From assembly GCF_009834535.1 (NCBI RefSeq), contig NC_045697.1, forward strand, positions 91,700,001 through 91,764,000: 64,000 bases of DNA, written 5' to 3'. The stretch's first letter is position 1. Each line of letters starts with the position of its first letter. Source of the stretch: Camelus ferus. Taxonomy: Eukaryota. This document shows, piece after piece, positions 1 to 13,535 of the stretch. The notes under the pieces are model-generated. The model ran no database searches. It was not told where the DNA came from and saw nothing but the letters and a program-made list of their open reading frames with translations. Both the position numbers and the translations under genes were made by a program.

Positions 1-255
1 TGATAGAATATTTTACAACATTTTTATTTATCATAAAAAGGAGAGCAAAGTCTTCAAATGATTGGCATAGTGCTATAGAACCAAGCTCTAATTGAAAGCC
101 AGATGATTATTTGCACTTGACGTGGAAGGTGACTTTGCCTTCAGAACTCTGGAGTTGTTTCATTCAGAGCTCGGTGCTCCCCAAAGGGATGTCAGTCCAG
201 AGTCTCGTCTGAATTCTAAGGAAATTCTGAAAGTGAAGCAACTGCATGGAGAAAA

Positions 256-298
256 TCTCTCTCTCTCTCTCTCTCTCACTCTCTCACACACACACACA
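256..298. repeat. Compound (CT)n(CA)n microsatellite
   Basis: Seen directly: a tctctc run followed by a cacaca run. Confidence 0.95.
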
Positions 299-2824
299 TT
301 CACACAATCTGTCTCATTTTCCTGGGGTTTTGAGGAACATCCTGTTGTGGCTGTTGTCATGGAGGGGAAAGCTGTTCTCTGGTGTTTTTCTCTGGAGTTC
401 TATTTCTGCCAGTCTCTGGCTCAGTGGTGGCTATTTCTAGCCAGCATCTTGCATGTGCTTTCCTTTTTATATAAAGGATATTTTACTTTTCATATAAGGG
501 TATAGTCATCAGATGTGACAAGTGCTGGATGTGATTTTTTCCACTTATCAAATTTTCTACCATATTATCAAATTTATTTTTCATATTTTATGTATGAAAA
601 TCAACTTTAACCCTATAATTATACTTATAACTTGATTTTGTATTTATTCATCCTCATGTTCACTGATGCACAGGGTATTATGTTTGAGATCATATGTTCT
701 AAACTACCACTTTTTACCACCGTGGTAAGGTTATTTATTTGCATCACGTCACATGACAGCTTATTGAAAGAGTGTCAATTAGAACATAGACAACTTTAAA
801 TCACATGTGATTACAAATTGTTAGAATGCCTTTTCTGAACTTAAGAGACAGTTTCAAAATTAGCTTATTCTAATATTCCAGACCAGTCTTGGGCAAATGG
901 TAAGTTCTCACTCCATATTTGTAGATAAAGTGAACAATATATGTTGAGTAACAGTGATTTAAATCACACTTTCTGTGCACTTGTTTTATTTAATATTCTA
1001 AATCATTCTTTACCCATTTATTTTTTCTGCATAAATGAATAAACTCACTACCTGCATAAATCTATAAATTTTACCTTTCTGCATGGAGGCAGAAGTGTCA
1101 ACCACAGTCTTTTCTTAATACAAATAAATTATTTCTCACAAATGTCCATTTTATCTGCGCTGGCCCATTTGGCAAGACATATTCACTTATAAGTAAAGAA
1201 ATGGCCTTCTCTGAGTTGGGAGATAACAATTGGAGGTGTCTATTTGCAAATAGAAAGATTAAAACTAACTGAAATGACAGCTAGTTCTTTGTTATTTAAT
1301 ATATTGTCTAGGTTCATATGAATCATTTTATATGGATTTCAAATAAAGATAATAAGAAAACCAGTTTTTAATCAGAAGTTTATATATTTGGTTTAAAAAA
1401 ATTTATTAAGGCATTTTTTTTCCTGTTAAGAAATTATAGTCTAACACTAAGATGGCAAAGTCACCAGTAGGAGAACAGGGACGTCTATGATTTAGACAGA
1501 CCTCTTGACAATTAGATGTAGCAAAAAATGGAAACGTTTATTTTACTCGTCTATTTGTTTATGTGTCCTATATATCCATTGGAGATACAGCATTTATTAT
1601 TTAAATAAAATCTAGCTGAACTGATACAAGTGAGGGGGTGGAATCATTTGTCTTTGTGTTAGTGTCTTTATGACAATATTATACATTCGGTAACAGAGAT
1701 AATTAAAGGTGTGTTGATTTCAATAATATTTTAATGGAATGTAATCAATCTTTTCAACTTTATATCATTCCTGATTCTTAAAGTTTTGGTCTTAAGTACC
1801 AAGATTGTTCATTAAATTACCAACTTTTATTCCTTTTTGCTTTAAAATTTTGAAAGTGCCATAATTAACTTCTCTCTCAAAACTGCGTTTATTGTATCTC
1901 TAACCTCTTCTTTACAACATCCTCAGCATCATCAATTTCAAAACTGGAGATGCACCATCTTGTGTTTAATTTGCTATTACTCAGTTGGTTATGAATACTA
2001 TTACCGCTTTTAAGTCCTTTATGCCTTACTCTGCTGCTCTCTCTCATTTTGACATAAAGTGGTGTGTGAGCTGAAGTAGATCCTGTTATGTAGAAGGAGT
2101 CAATTAATTCACACTTTGATCTAATAAGATAGGTAGGCTCTATCGTTGGATAGGATTTATGGGCATGACAGTAAAGTCTCTCACTCTATCCCAGTTGAAT
2201 CCTCCCAGTTCAACAAGCTGTTAGGCATTTGGAAATCTTTTCTGGTTTTCTATATATGGCTTCTCAGCCAAGCTTTCCAAACTCCTATGGTGTAAATTAT
2301 CCTTTTTAAAATCTTAAATGTGCTTGAGATATTTCTGAAAAATTGTTCTCAATATAGACAGTGTTTAATTGAAGATGGAACTTTAGTTCAAATGCATTCT
2401 CCTGAATTGTCATCTGGTGTCTAAAACAGCAGGCAGTAAACTGTCTTCTTTTCAGCTAAGCACCTATTAAAGCTACTGGCTGTATTTGTTATAATACCAG
2501 CCAGTTGGAATGAAGCCATTCTAGACTGACTTATCAATCATATATACTACAGTTTTGACCAACTCTTTCCATATAGTAATCTCATTGCAGTTTCCTTTTA
2601 AAAATTAGCCAACACATCTATTTTTTTAACCCACAATTTCCCGAGCCTCTCTGATGTACTTAGTGAACAACACAGTTCCTGATTTATAGAGAGATTATAT
2701 CCTGAAAGGTCATTTGTAAGCTAGCTTAAAATAATGGCATTTATTTCGCCCTAGACAATGCTATACTTGTTGCTTAAGTTTTTGGGGCAGTCTTCAAGTA
2801 TTTGTCTTTATAATTTACTATATA

Positions 2825-2880
2825 TAGCACATGCCTGGTACATAGTAGGTGGTAAATAAAATTTGTGTGGAACGAGTGAT
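2825..2880 (+). mobile_element. L2 LINE 3' tail fragment
   Basis: agcacatgcctggtacatagtaggtggtaaataaaatttgtgtggaa resembles the L2 terminus (gcctggcacatagtaggtgctcaataaatatttgttgaatg). Confidence 0.7.
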
Positions 2881-3550
2881 TGGATATAATGCTAACACCG
2901 TAAAACCTAATCACAAGGAGGAAAACCATTCCTGTGAGAAAATGCTTTCAGAGTTTCACTTTGGAGTGATGCCAGTTACAGAGCTTTCTGTAATACTCTG
3001 GAGTAAGAACTCATTACCAATTTCCCCCACTTGTGAATAGAAACTTCTTTGGCTCCAGGAGGTCTGTCTTCCTGGGAGGCCTTTTAAATCCTGCAAGGCT
3101 TGTGCTCCTCCCTTTCTTTTCTTCTGCTGGTTCCATGAACTGGTTTCCTGTTTCCCTGACCCTCTATGTAGTTTCACATATATTTTAAAAAACATACTAG
3201 TACTGAAATAAGGGGAGAAAAATTCCTGTTTCTCGAGGAGTTTTCTCTGTGTTGGCCTCTTCTTTGTGCTAATAACAAGAAAGTAAAGTATACTAAATAT
3301 TTAAAAAGAAAGAAATAACACAAAAAGCCCCCCTCCCCAAACTCCCTTCTGTTTCTACCTTTTATATTTTCTTTTCTGATCGTTTGCAATAAGGAAGTAG
3401 GATTTTGTATAAATACTGAAAGACAGAGATTTTTTACTCTTAAAGGACAATTAAAAAGATTTTTCTATTTAGAATATTTGTAGTTAGGCTCTCCTGGGCC
3501 CGAGTCCAAACGTGAAGGATGGACTAAGGCCTCACGAGTCTTAAGCAGAG

Positions 3551-3992
3551 TTTATCAGTTAACTTTGGCCAAATTAATGCTGATTAAAAACCACTCTGAA
3601 ACTCAGTGATAGGCAACATCAAACAATTCTTTCTTGCTCCTGCACCAGAGATTTGGCAGGAGCTCAGATGATGGGGACTGGGTTTGGCAGCAGGCCAGAG
3701 GTGAGGCTTAGGTCTGCTTCAGGTGTCTCATTCTTCTGGGATTAGTGGGCTACTCAGGCCATGTTTTTCTCATGTCTGTGACCTAGTGTAAGAGGACGTA
3801 CCCAGCTGTATCAGCACACCTCAAGCCTTTGCTTGTTAATATCTCCTTGGCTAAAAAGAGTCACATGACCTGGCCCCAAGTCAAAGGCCGGGAAATAAAC
3901 TCCCCATCTTGCAGGAGGAACTACACAGTCACATCTCAAATGGTAGATACAAGGGAAGGTGCAGAACTGAGAACAACAATGCAATCTACCAC
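3551..3992 (-). mobile_element. Old MaLR solo LTR (MLT1H/I/J-like)
   Basis: Reverse-strand MLT1 hallmarks: ccactctgaaactcagtg near the left end, agtcacatgacc...caagtcaa, and terminal aatgcaatctaccac. Confidence 0.7.
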
Positions 3993-4202
3993 CTAGGACT
4001 AGATGGAGAACATATGTATGCCTCAGAGAGACTAGTAATTTGGTACCTTTTAAAAACAATTTTCTTTAAATAGTTGTTTAGTATTTCTTTAGTGGAAGTG
4101 GAAGGAAAATGTCTATTGCAACAAATTGTACTAAGAAATAGTTACTCAGTGATTTACTTTTGGTTACCAAACTAGTGCCAATATTTTGAGGAAAAAAGAC
4201 AG

Positions 4203-4330
4203 AAGTAGTGTAATAGTGAAGAATTCAGGTTCTGAACCCAGTTGCTTGCATTTAAATACCAGCTCTGCCCCTTACTAGCTGTGTGATGAAAGCTTAACTA
4301 TTTAACCCCAAGTTAGATATAATTATTATT
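4203..4330 (+). mobile_element. MIR SINE fragment
   Basis: MIR core: aaataccagctctgccccttactagctgtgtga. Confidence 0.75.
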
Positions 4331-4405
4331 AATAGGCTGCTGTTATTTTTCCAGCTTTCTTTTTCTATAAGGCAAGCAATATAACTTCTTAGGAGGCAAA
4401 GAATT

Positions 4406-4454
4406 TAAATTAAATTAAATTAAATTAAATTAAATTAAATTAAATTAAATTAAA
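4406..4454. repeat. (TAAAT)n pentanucleotide microsatellite
   Basis: About 9-10 perfect tandem TAAAT units seen directly. Confidence 0.95.
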
Positions 4455-5479
4455 ATTTAGGCAATTAAGTAAAAACAGCATTTTAATATTACATGTATCA
4501 CTCAATTACTGGAATTTCAGCTGATTGCAACTGACTTTTATCTGCCTACAACTACAAATGTTCATTAAAAAAATACTCAGTAGAGCTAGATCTGAAACAG
4601 AAAGTGTGTTTACTTGAGGGTGTTATAAGCTTGTGACAGAGGATGAATTTAAAATATGACTATTTATTCCAATGTTATTTTAACACCTTTACAGATTGGC
4701 CCCTCTTGCAGCTATTGGCATGACTCTCCCCTTAATCCTGATCTGGGTTCTTTTGGTCCTGACAAGAAATGAGAGCTGAACAGGTTTAAGAAACTGTCCA
4801 CTCAGGAAGAAAACTGAATGCTGGTCTATGAGAGGTTCTGAAACATCACTGGTCATATAAGGACATGTATTCTATTGAGTTGCAAGGGATATGTTTATAA
4901 ACTGCTTGGAGTGGGAGGTGAGATTGCAAAAGGCATATTTGAATAATGAAGCTAAATTATTCTACAAGGGAAGAGTTTGGTTAACAAAGTGACTTTAATT
5001 TTATGTGTGTGAGATATGAAAATTTGGGGCCAGGGTTGAATTGCTAGGGACAACAGAAGAAGCTGACCGTGGTCTCAACAGAGGGCATAGGAGGACCAAG
5101 GTGGCTGCAATATTCTTTCCTCTAAAAAGTCATAAAGTGTTTAAATGTTTTTGTTGAAAATAACACCAAAGTTTTACACCTTTCTGAATTATCCTCGTGT
5201 CTTCCTTTATCTCTGAAATGTGGCTCACTTTCCCTCTTTTCATGGTGGTTCTGCTGAATTGATCTTGGGCCAAGGGGAAAATTAAGATACAGAAGCAATG
5301 GGAGATGGCTTATAAAGCATTCATTAAATAGCTATTATGTACTAGAAATGCTTCTAGACAGTAAAGAGAAAAAAATAAACAATTCCTATTTTCAACAAGC
5401 TAATAGTTTAACAGTAGAGTTTATTATGTAAACCAATTACTTCTGTTTATTTATCATTTAGTATATCTTAGCACCTGGC

Positions 5480-7402
5480 TAAAATACCTCTACTGCAACT
5501 CCTTCCATCATTTTGAAAATAACCACTTAGAAAATGCACCCATACTTTGCCAGTCTATGCTTTGACTTCCACACTTCCAAGTGAGCTTGTCCTTTTCATC
5601 ACCCACTTCAGAGTTATATCCTAAGCCTTAGGCAATACTGGTTCCATCACCCAAAATACCAATTCCAAGCATCCTATGTGAAACCATTACTTACTATCTT
5701 GTATCCCACTTTCCCTACTACTCCCACTTCATTTGTTTCTGACTGTCAGGACCTTCAGTCCATTGACTCTCCCCTACTTCCACACCTCTTTTTCACAGTT
5801 CATTTTTCTCCCCACCCTCTCGAACCTATATCCTCAGTTCTCTGCTTGTCCAGCTTAGAGTCAACAGCCTTTGCATACACCCTTAACTTCCCTATTTTTC
5901 TCTTACCTGTCAAAACTCTACCTTGTTTAAATATAACTCTGCTTTATTTCACATCTGGAATCAAATAGATGAATGTGGCTGGAGGGAAATACCCAGCTAT
6001 GCTCACTGGTCTCTTTCAATATATGACTACAGATCTCAAGTAAGCACTCAGCCCTCCAGGGAAATCCAACTATATTTCTCTAGTAAATTCATTTTCCTTC
6101 TCTCTGAGGTGTTAATTTTATATTTTATTCTTTCTTTTTAAACTTCTTATATTTCTTATTTCACCCCTAGTCTCAGCTAACTACAGTGATACTAATATGA
6201 GATTTGCCTCCTTGTCCTATCACCAAACCTGCCAACTCCTGCCCACTTAACCTCTGGTTTCCATAGATGAACAGTCCCTGCTTCTCCCAGTAGCCAGCTC
6301 CTTCACCTGTGCTCTGGATCCTCCATTCCCTCTTATTTTCTGGTATTCTCTGCCACTGTACCATCTCATCACTCATCTGTTTCATCATTTTCCCCCTTTT
6401 CTGCTAGATCATTCTCATTGGCTTATAAACATGGTGCAATGTTTTCCATCTTTAAAAGAAAAACCCTTCCTTTATTTTCCCTTTCTGCTACCACTCTATT
6501 TCTCTGCTCCCCTTGACAGTAAAATTCATTGAAAAAGTTGCCTAGACTTGCTGTATTCATTTCTTCTCCTCTTATACTTTAGGATAAATGTGCTTTAATC
6601 ACGATTTTCTCCCCATCCTTCCACTGGAACTGCTCTTGTCATGGCCTCCCTGACCTCCAGCTTGCCAAGGCCAGTGTCAGTCATTTGTGTGTGTCTCGTT
6701 CAAGCTCTCAGCTGCATGGCCACACTTTACTTGGCTTCTGGGACCCTAGATATCAAGGTTTCCTTCTGTTTCACTGGTTGCTTCTGAGCTTTTCTTACTG
6801 ACGTCTCCATTTTCCAGTCTTTTGGCCTGACTGTTTTGGCTCCATGTTCCCTCTAGGTGACTTCATCCAGTCTCTTGTCATTTACTACAGTTATAGGCTG
6901 ATGGCTTATAAGTTTGTAACTCTAGCTCCAGTTTCTCCCCTGAGTTTCAGGCTGGTATATTCACCTGTACATTTGACTCCACTTTGATGTCTAATAGGTA
7001 CCTCAAGTGTGGCTTGTTAAAAGGAGAAATCTTGATTTTTTTTGTAGGGCTCCTTGCTTGTTCATTCCCAATTGTTTTGTTTTTGATTAATATTTCTACA
7101 CTTCCTCAGTTGCTCAGGCCTAGGAGTTACTCCTTCCCCATTTCTAATCACTTAAAAAGCCCTGTTGGCACTTGCTCACTTAAAAATCTTTCTCAGCTCA
7201 GCTACTTCTTTCTACCTGGACTGCTACCACCCTTGTTCAGGTCACTTTGTCTTTTCTATTTTGGGTTATTGGAATCTTCTCATGTCTTGTTTCTCTGCTT
7301 TTTCCTCTTGCCCTGATGCCACCCATTCCCCATAGAGCAATCAGGGGGATCTTTTCAAAACGTTAACAGATTCATGTCATTTCCCCGCTTAAAACCCTTC
7401 AG
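5480..7402 (+). mobile_element. Long, decayed L2 LINE (ORF2 remnant into 3' region)
   Basis: Pyrimidine-rich L2 body with characteristic motifs (ccactggaactgctcttgtc, ctaggtgacttcatccagtc, gatgtctaataggtacctcaa, ttaaaacccttcag). No intact ORF. Confidence 0.75.
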
Positions 7403-7519
7403 CATTGTGGGTACAATTGATCCAGATGATACAGAACTCTAAACTGGGCCCAAGATCTTGGTCTATATCCAAAGTTTGGTGAAAGAGTATACATCTGTTT
7501 TTTAAATTATATGTTTAAA

Positions 7520-7676
7520 GGGGGAGGGTATAGCTCAATGGTAGAGTGCATGCTTAGCATGCATGAGGTCCTGGGTATTCCCAGTACCTCTGCTAAAAAT
7601 AAATAAACCTAATTACCCACCCTGCCACAATAAAATAATTAAATAATACAATAATAAATAAATAAAATATTTTTAA
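7520..7676 (+). mobile_element. tRNA-Ala-derived SINE, Vic-1-like (camelid)
   Basis: Head GGGGAGGGTATAGCTCAATGGTAGAGTGCATGCTTAGCATGCATGAGGTCCTGGG, body aaataaacctaattaccc, A-rich tail. Exact 14-bp TSD AAATTATATGTTTA at 7504-7517 and 7677-7690. Confidence 0.9.
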
Positions 7677-9939
7677 AAATTATATGTTTAGGATACATAC
7701 AGTAATTTTTATGAATCTGCTAACAATTTAAAATTAATCAAATACTGATTAATTTAAAGAAGAGGATTTCTGCTTGATTTGGAAAGGGGCATTTCCTCAT
7801 CTAATCAGTTTGATCAATCTCTTTGAAAATAGCTATATAATATTTCATATCATGCGTTGTGATTGAACCCTCTCGTATCTTTGGACATTTTGTCTGTTTC
7901 TACATGTCACTATAAAAAATAAGGATGTTATGAATGTCTTTGTGCATAAAAGGGTCAAAGACTATATATATTTTGAAGCCCTTCAATACATATTTCTGGG
8001 GTTTTATTTAGAAGTCTTTTAGGAAAGGATTTGTCCAAGGTTGAAGGGTCAGTATGAGAACAGAAAATTGTGGGCTGCTTGATATCATCCTCTGACCTAG
8101 ATTTTTCTTACTGTTTCCCTGAATTCTCTTTACTTTTGTACCAGTGCTCTTTGGAGAGAAGGTTATAATGTGATGAACGGTATTTCAAAGATTTTTATAG
8201 GATCCTGGGAGCCAAAGGGGTTCTGCTTGATAGCCTCATTACACTGGTGATGTGAAACATGGAACAGAGAAGCAGGGTGGGTCCAAGCATTGCATCTGTC
8301 GTGGGAGTGTCACCAACTTAGCTTAGGATTAGGACTTAGGGTCCAGGGAGCTGCATGTCAGTGTCTGAACAGGGAAGAAGAAAGTGATTGGTACTTACTG
8401 CCTGTAAGAAAGACTATGCAGAACTGAGTCAATTCTCTGGCCTTCTTTTATTGAACAGAACTTGAGAACATAATTGGTGAGATGGGTGCTAGTGAAGGTA
8501 AATTGATCTTTGCAGTAAAGAAACTTTCAGGGTAGTGCAGGGGGGAGAAGAGAGGAGAGCTGAATTGGAAGGGGCCATGAGAGAAACAATAGGGAAGCTG
8601 CTGTATTTCGGAAAGTTGAAGGAGAGATGGTGAAAGAAGATTATAAATTTTTCTATATCTCATGACTATTTCTAAGAGGCTGTACTAAAACTCTAAATTG
8701 CTTTAATTGTTTTTCAGTTGTTAGATTCTTATTTATTTGGCTAAGACTCCATGCTGTGATTTGCTTCCAGGCAAAGAGTAAGTTGGACTGGATTAACGTG
8801 CCATACCACTACAATCAGGAATGTTTATCCTGGTTACCTTGAGAGAGGCAGGAAGTCAAGCAGCGGCTGTTCTGTTATTGGGACTTAAATGTATCTTCAG
8901 GTTGTTGTAATCTAGAGAAATGTGGTTATCCTTACAATTGTTGGAATTTACCAACTATTAAAAGAAGTTTAGATATCATGTGTATAAAAGAGTATATTCT
9001 GTGTTTTCAGTTTACCTTATATCACACACTCACACACAACACTATTTTTTAAATTGACTATTTTGTGCATTTTGATGAATATATGTATATATTAGCACCA
9101 AGAAAAATAATAGTGATTTTATAACAGGTTCTAATTAAAAGTCAGCTAATAGCACAACATTCGGAATTATGTCCTGCTTGACCAGGTAGAGTTCTGAAAG
9201 CTTGAGAAAAAAAATTAATGGGTATAAGGGAAAAAAATCACAGTAGGTAAACAGGCTATGAGCCAAACACTTTATTATTTTAGTGATGATTGCAATTAAC
9301 TGTAATTTTTTTAAGAGAATAAGTGTCCTGATAAATGCTTATTTAACTGCTTTCATGGCAATAAGACTTTCTTTTAAGTAGGAATACAAGTTTATTAAAT
9401 AATGACATAGTGCATCACAGTTTCATAGGAAATTAATAAAAAGTGGGGATTTTGGAATTTCTTGAATACATCCTGTTTACTGTGCCTCAATGACATTATA
9501 TGTATCTGAAACGATGTGATGCCCATAAACCCATGGCATGATTAGAGTTTTAAGTACCAAATTGCAGACCAGGATGATTTGTTTTTTCTAAAATGCAAAT
9601 AAAGAGAGCATGCCCTTGGAACTTCCATCACCTTGTGTATCCAAACAATCCAAATGAATTGTGATGGGTCTGCTTTTAATACCTTGGAACAACATTTTCT
9701 GAAACGTCACGATTGGGAGATTTTATGGTGTCACTTAGTGTGAAATAAAACATGAAGGGATTTCAGGGAAAACTTGTCTGTTTGTGGATGTGACGGCAGG
9801 CCTTGCTTGGCTTTGCAGTAGGTGAAGGCCAGGGGGCCTTCGTGGTCCACCTTGTCATGTAGCACTTGTCTGCCGCTCTTAGTGATCTCTTTCCCTCTCA
9901 GAAATGCATTCTCCTGAATTCACATTTGCTTAAGCTCAA

Positions 9940-10345
9940 CAAATATTTATTATTGCTTTAAATCCTGTTTGGAAAGGGACAGAATATTAAACATATCCAT
10001 TTATTTTAAAAGTGTACATGAGATCCTATGGAGGACATTAATGAGATAAGGTACCTCAGCCACCAGCCATCAAGGAATGCACACAAATTAACTGGGAGAC
10101 AATGTATAGAAACATGAAACAGTCTAATACTAAGACAAAGTTCTACACTGCTGAGCAGGAAAATGAACATTGTGTGTGAATGTTATCATAGGAATCCAGA
10201 GGTGGGAGAATGTGTTCTGGTATGAAATGTCTAGGAAGAGTTGGTGTTTGTGTTGAGCGCTAAAGCTTGGGCAGGATTTCTATTAGAGGCAAGGAAGGGG
10301 AGTGGCTTTGCAGAGATGGGGAGGGACACTGATCAGAGCTACAGC
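9940..10345 (-). mobile_element. Degraded L2 fragment
   Basis: caacaaatatttatt start and purine-rich body (ggcaggatttc...ggcaaggaaggggagtgg) typical of reverse-strand L2. Very diverged. Confidence 0.45.
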
Positions 10346-10529
10346 AGGAATCTCTTCCTCCTGGGCGTGCGCTAGTGACAGCTAATGACATACGTCTACG
10401 TTAATGTGCTCCTGAAATGATTTTAGGGCAGGTGTTGTTGCGTTGCTAAGTTTGTTTTCTTATCCAAGTAGGACTCTTAAAGGTGGGAATGTCATACCAG
10501 AAGGAAAGGGAGATGGCCAAAACAATGTG

Positions 10530-10701
10530 AAGAGCAAGTTTCCTGGCAATTAGGAGTTCTGAGTTTTAGTCTCTATGTTGTCGATTCACTTTTGTTGAAG
10601 TGACTTAAGATGAGTCATTTTGTTTCTCCTCACTTATAAAAATGAAGCTTGTTGGGGCAGGACAGTTCTTCGAGGTCCCTTCCAACTTTAGGATTCTGTG
10701 A
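10530..10701 (+). mobile_element. MIR3 SINE
   Basis: MIR core (tttctcctcacttataaaaatga) followed by the L3-derived tail gaggtcccttccaactttaggattctgtga. Confidence 0.75.
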
Positions 10702-12139
10702 GTTGGTACCACAGTAGGCTGGGGAAAGTGGTTTCTGGAAAGAAGGACCTTTAGGCACTTTTTGTTGTTCAAGTGACCTGTTATTATGTATAGTAGAGCT
10801 AGGGCTGTTTATCTTAAACTCTGGAAAGATCATGGATGTCCTGTAGGCCTTGCATTTTGCACGTTCAGACTAACTAGACTGTCAAGTTTAGAAAGCTGAT
10901 GCAAGATTTCTTTTTTGGTTACTCTGCAAGAAGAATGAGGTTACTTTTACTCTTTTATAAGAGAACTCTTTGAGAACAAAATGGCTTTAATGTTTCATAG
11001 GGTCAAACAATTCTGAGCATCCCAGAGTGCATTATTCTATCATGGCTTAGCAGGTGTCCCTGAGTAAGAAGACTCTAAATATTTAATGTGAAACTCTCGA
11101 GAACTTGCTCATCTTTTCTTCTTGGACCAATCCCATCCTCTGTATTTATTAAGAAATATACATATACTTAGATTTATAAAACTTAATTATCTAAATTTAG
11201 TTCTACTGTCAGTATCAACTAACATTTATTGAGCATTCAGTTTCTTGGGCATTGTATTATGCATTAGGGACTCTGAGTGTTAAGGTCTTTTTTTTCAAGG
11301 CCTCTGAAATTATCCTTTTAATATTAGAAATAGGAACTGAAACTGGGATAATAGTAAATCAAATGACACAATAGGTCATTGCAAGGTTTATGTACTTTTA
11401 TCATCGTTTGATATGCTAAATTCATCTCCATATATACAATTATCTTATTATATATTCAGTTTCTTCTCCTGTTATTTCAGTGTGGCAGCTGTAACTAATT
11501 TGGATATCAACCACCTGCTATGCTGTGCACATCTCTATAAAACTTTATTGTACAACCTGGAATATATCTAAAAATATTCGGAAGTAAGTATATCATCATT
11601 AACCTGTCACAGACAGTGACAGTCTCACGAAAGTAAAAAATGAAAGCAAACTGAATAAATTCTGAGATATAAGCCCTGAATTAACCCCTAATTCTGCATC
11701 TGACCTAGCAGGACTGCTTGGAGGCAGGGCAGCATCAAGGGAAGCTGTGAGTAATTTCTCTTGCATCTGTCTTTGTGTTTTCACACAGTGTGGGGTTGTG
11801 AAGAAACTTTCCAATTAGGCTTGTAGCTTGTATCAGAATGAGAACAAGCATCTAGGATTCTGCTCTTTCTCAGTGGAGGGTATAGTGCAGAAACGAAGGA
11901 GTCACAAATCCTCTATTCTGTGGCTGTATGAAATGTAGCTATATGGTAGCAAGATTATAACAGTAGAATTTTATAGATGACCTTAATAAAAATCATTCTT
12001 CTATGGGTCAGTGATGAGTATTTGCTGAGCCAAATCCATTTGCCTTTTATTTTTTAACAGTTTTTATCCTTAATGAAATCACCCTTTGTGAAGCTCTTAA
12101 CACTGTTGGCCATTATTTCTTTTTAAAACAAAAATTTCC

Positions 12140-12395
12140 CCTCTTTGTTAAAATATGCAAACCTTGATATTTATTAAAAACACTAGAAAATACAACTAAA
12201 AAATATTTAAAAAAGGAAAGAGATCCATAATGTTACCACTTAGAGAGAGCCACTCTTAACATAGTATACAGCCCAGCCTTTTCTTTCCAAGTGTATTTAT
12301 CATTTTAAAAAATGAGATCATGCTATAAATACCATTTTAAAACTAATTTTCTCATTTAACAATGTTACATAGCATTTCTCATGTTATCAAATATT
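12140..12395 (-). mobile_element. Old L1 (L1ME-like) 3' end, apparently continued at ~13560-13680
   Basis: ataatgttaccacttagagagagccactcttaaca and aaatgagatcatgctata...tttctcatttaacaatgt are typical of reverse-strand L1ME 3' ends. Confidence 0.6.
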
Positions 12396-13535
12396 TGTAA
12401 TAGGTATAACTTGAACAGCCACAAATCTGATTAGTGCAAAAAATGAAAGCATTTCATAACTGCACGGGCTCTCCCTGATTCTAAGTGTCTTTTTTTTTTT
12501 TTTTTTGGCTTAGCAGCAAAAATGTAATGAGTCTTCAAGTTATTCTTGTCTTTTCCAGTTTAAAACTCAGACTCTTTTTGGCAGTCAGATTCAAGAACTA
12601 CAATCTTCAGGTACTGTTCACAGTTTGTTCTCCAAATTTCTTTCCCTTCTCAAGAGTTTTTCCCTCTCTTGTCCTTCCTCTGATTCACAGACTTGTGTTC
12701 ACCTGAGGTGTCAGGGAAGGAAGGGTGGGGAATCGGTGAAAGTTAAGAACGGAATGGGTGGTGAGTAGGATTTGCATCTCACCACAAGTTCCCCCTCTGT
12801 TGTTTCTTGTTTCTTTTTTGGTCCCTAGAACTGGGGATGCTCATTGCAACCACAGCCCAGGTACAGTGAGGTAAGAGACATCTTCACTGATCTCCAGATG
12901 GAATGGCTCTTTTCTTTTCATTGTCTCTGGACAGCTTCTGCTGATTCTTGGCATTGATGGACCTGTTGGGATCTTAGGGCACATGATGGCATCTCAGGGT
13001 GTCTGCTGGGGTCCCTGTGAGGCTTCAAAAGTGTCATGGATGTTACTTTCCTCCCTCTCACCTCAGATTTGCCCCTACTCCCTCAAGACTTATGCTATTT
13101 GGGGTCTTCAGCAGTTTTTTTGGGTGGAGGCTGGCAGGTTGACTGATGGTTCCAATCAACTTCAGTAGCTTGCTCTAGGTCCACAAAAATCCACATCTTA
13201 TTGTGCCCCTCGGCCATCTCTTGGGGTCAGTTTCTAAATTCTTCAGCTTCATGGGGTAAATACTAGGGGTAGGGCCAGGACGAAAGAAGAAGGACATGTG
13301 CTCACTATATAGTTTCCAAATGCTTATCCTCTCCCATTCTTCATTTCCCCCATTTTATTGCCTGTCTTGAAAAAACTAATAAGCCAGTTCTATCTCTTTG
13401 TGGTTCCAGAGCAATGGGCAAAGTTGGACACAGAGGTAGGAATTTCTCTGAATTTTGCCATCTCAGTTGTCCCTAGTGAAGATGAATCAGCAGAAATGAA
13501 AAGAGAATCTGTCCATGTTTCAGTTTAGAGTGACA
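12396..13535. mobile_element. Probable long solo LTR (ERV-type; LTR78/79-like from memory)
   Basis: About 1.14-kb block with TG...CA termini (tgtaatagg...agagtgaca) that separates two old L1 segments. No clear TSD. Confidence 0.4.

Noticed and set aside
122..505. 127-aa ORF and overlapping ORFs
   Set aside because: GTG start, runs through a (CT)n(CA)n microsatellite (LSLSLS, HTHT), and has no recognisable domain.
7521..7592. Functional tRNA-Ala(AGC) gene
   Set aside because: The T-loop/B box is disrupted, and the sequence is followed by a SINE body, A-rich tail and TSD. It is a SINE.
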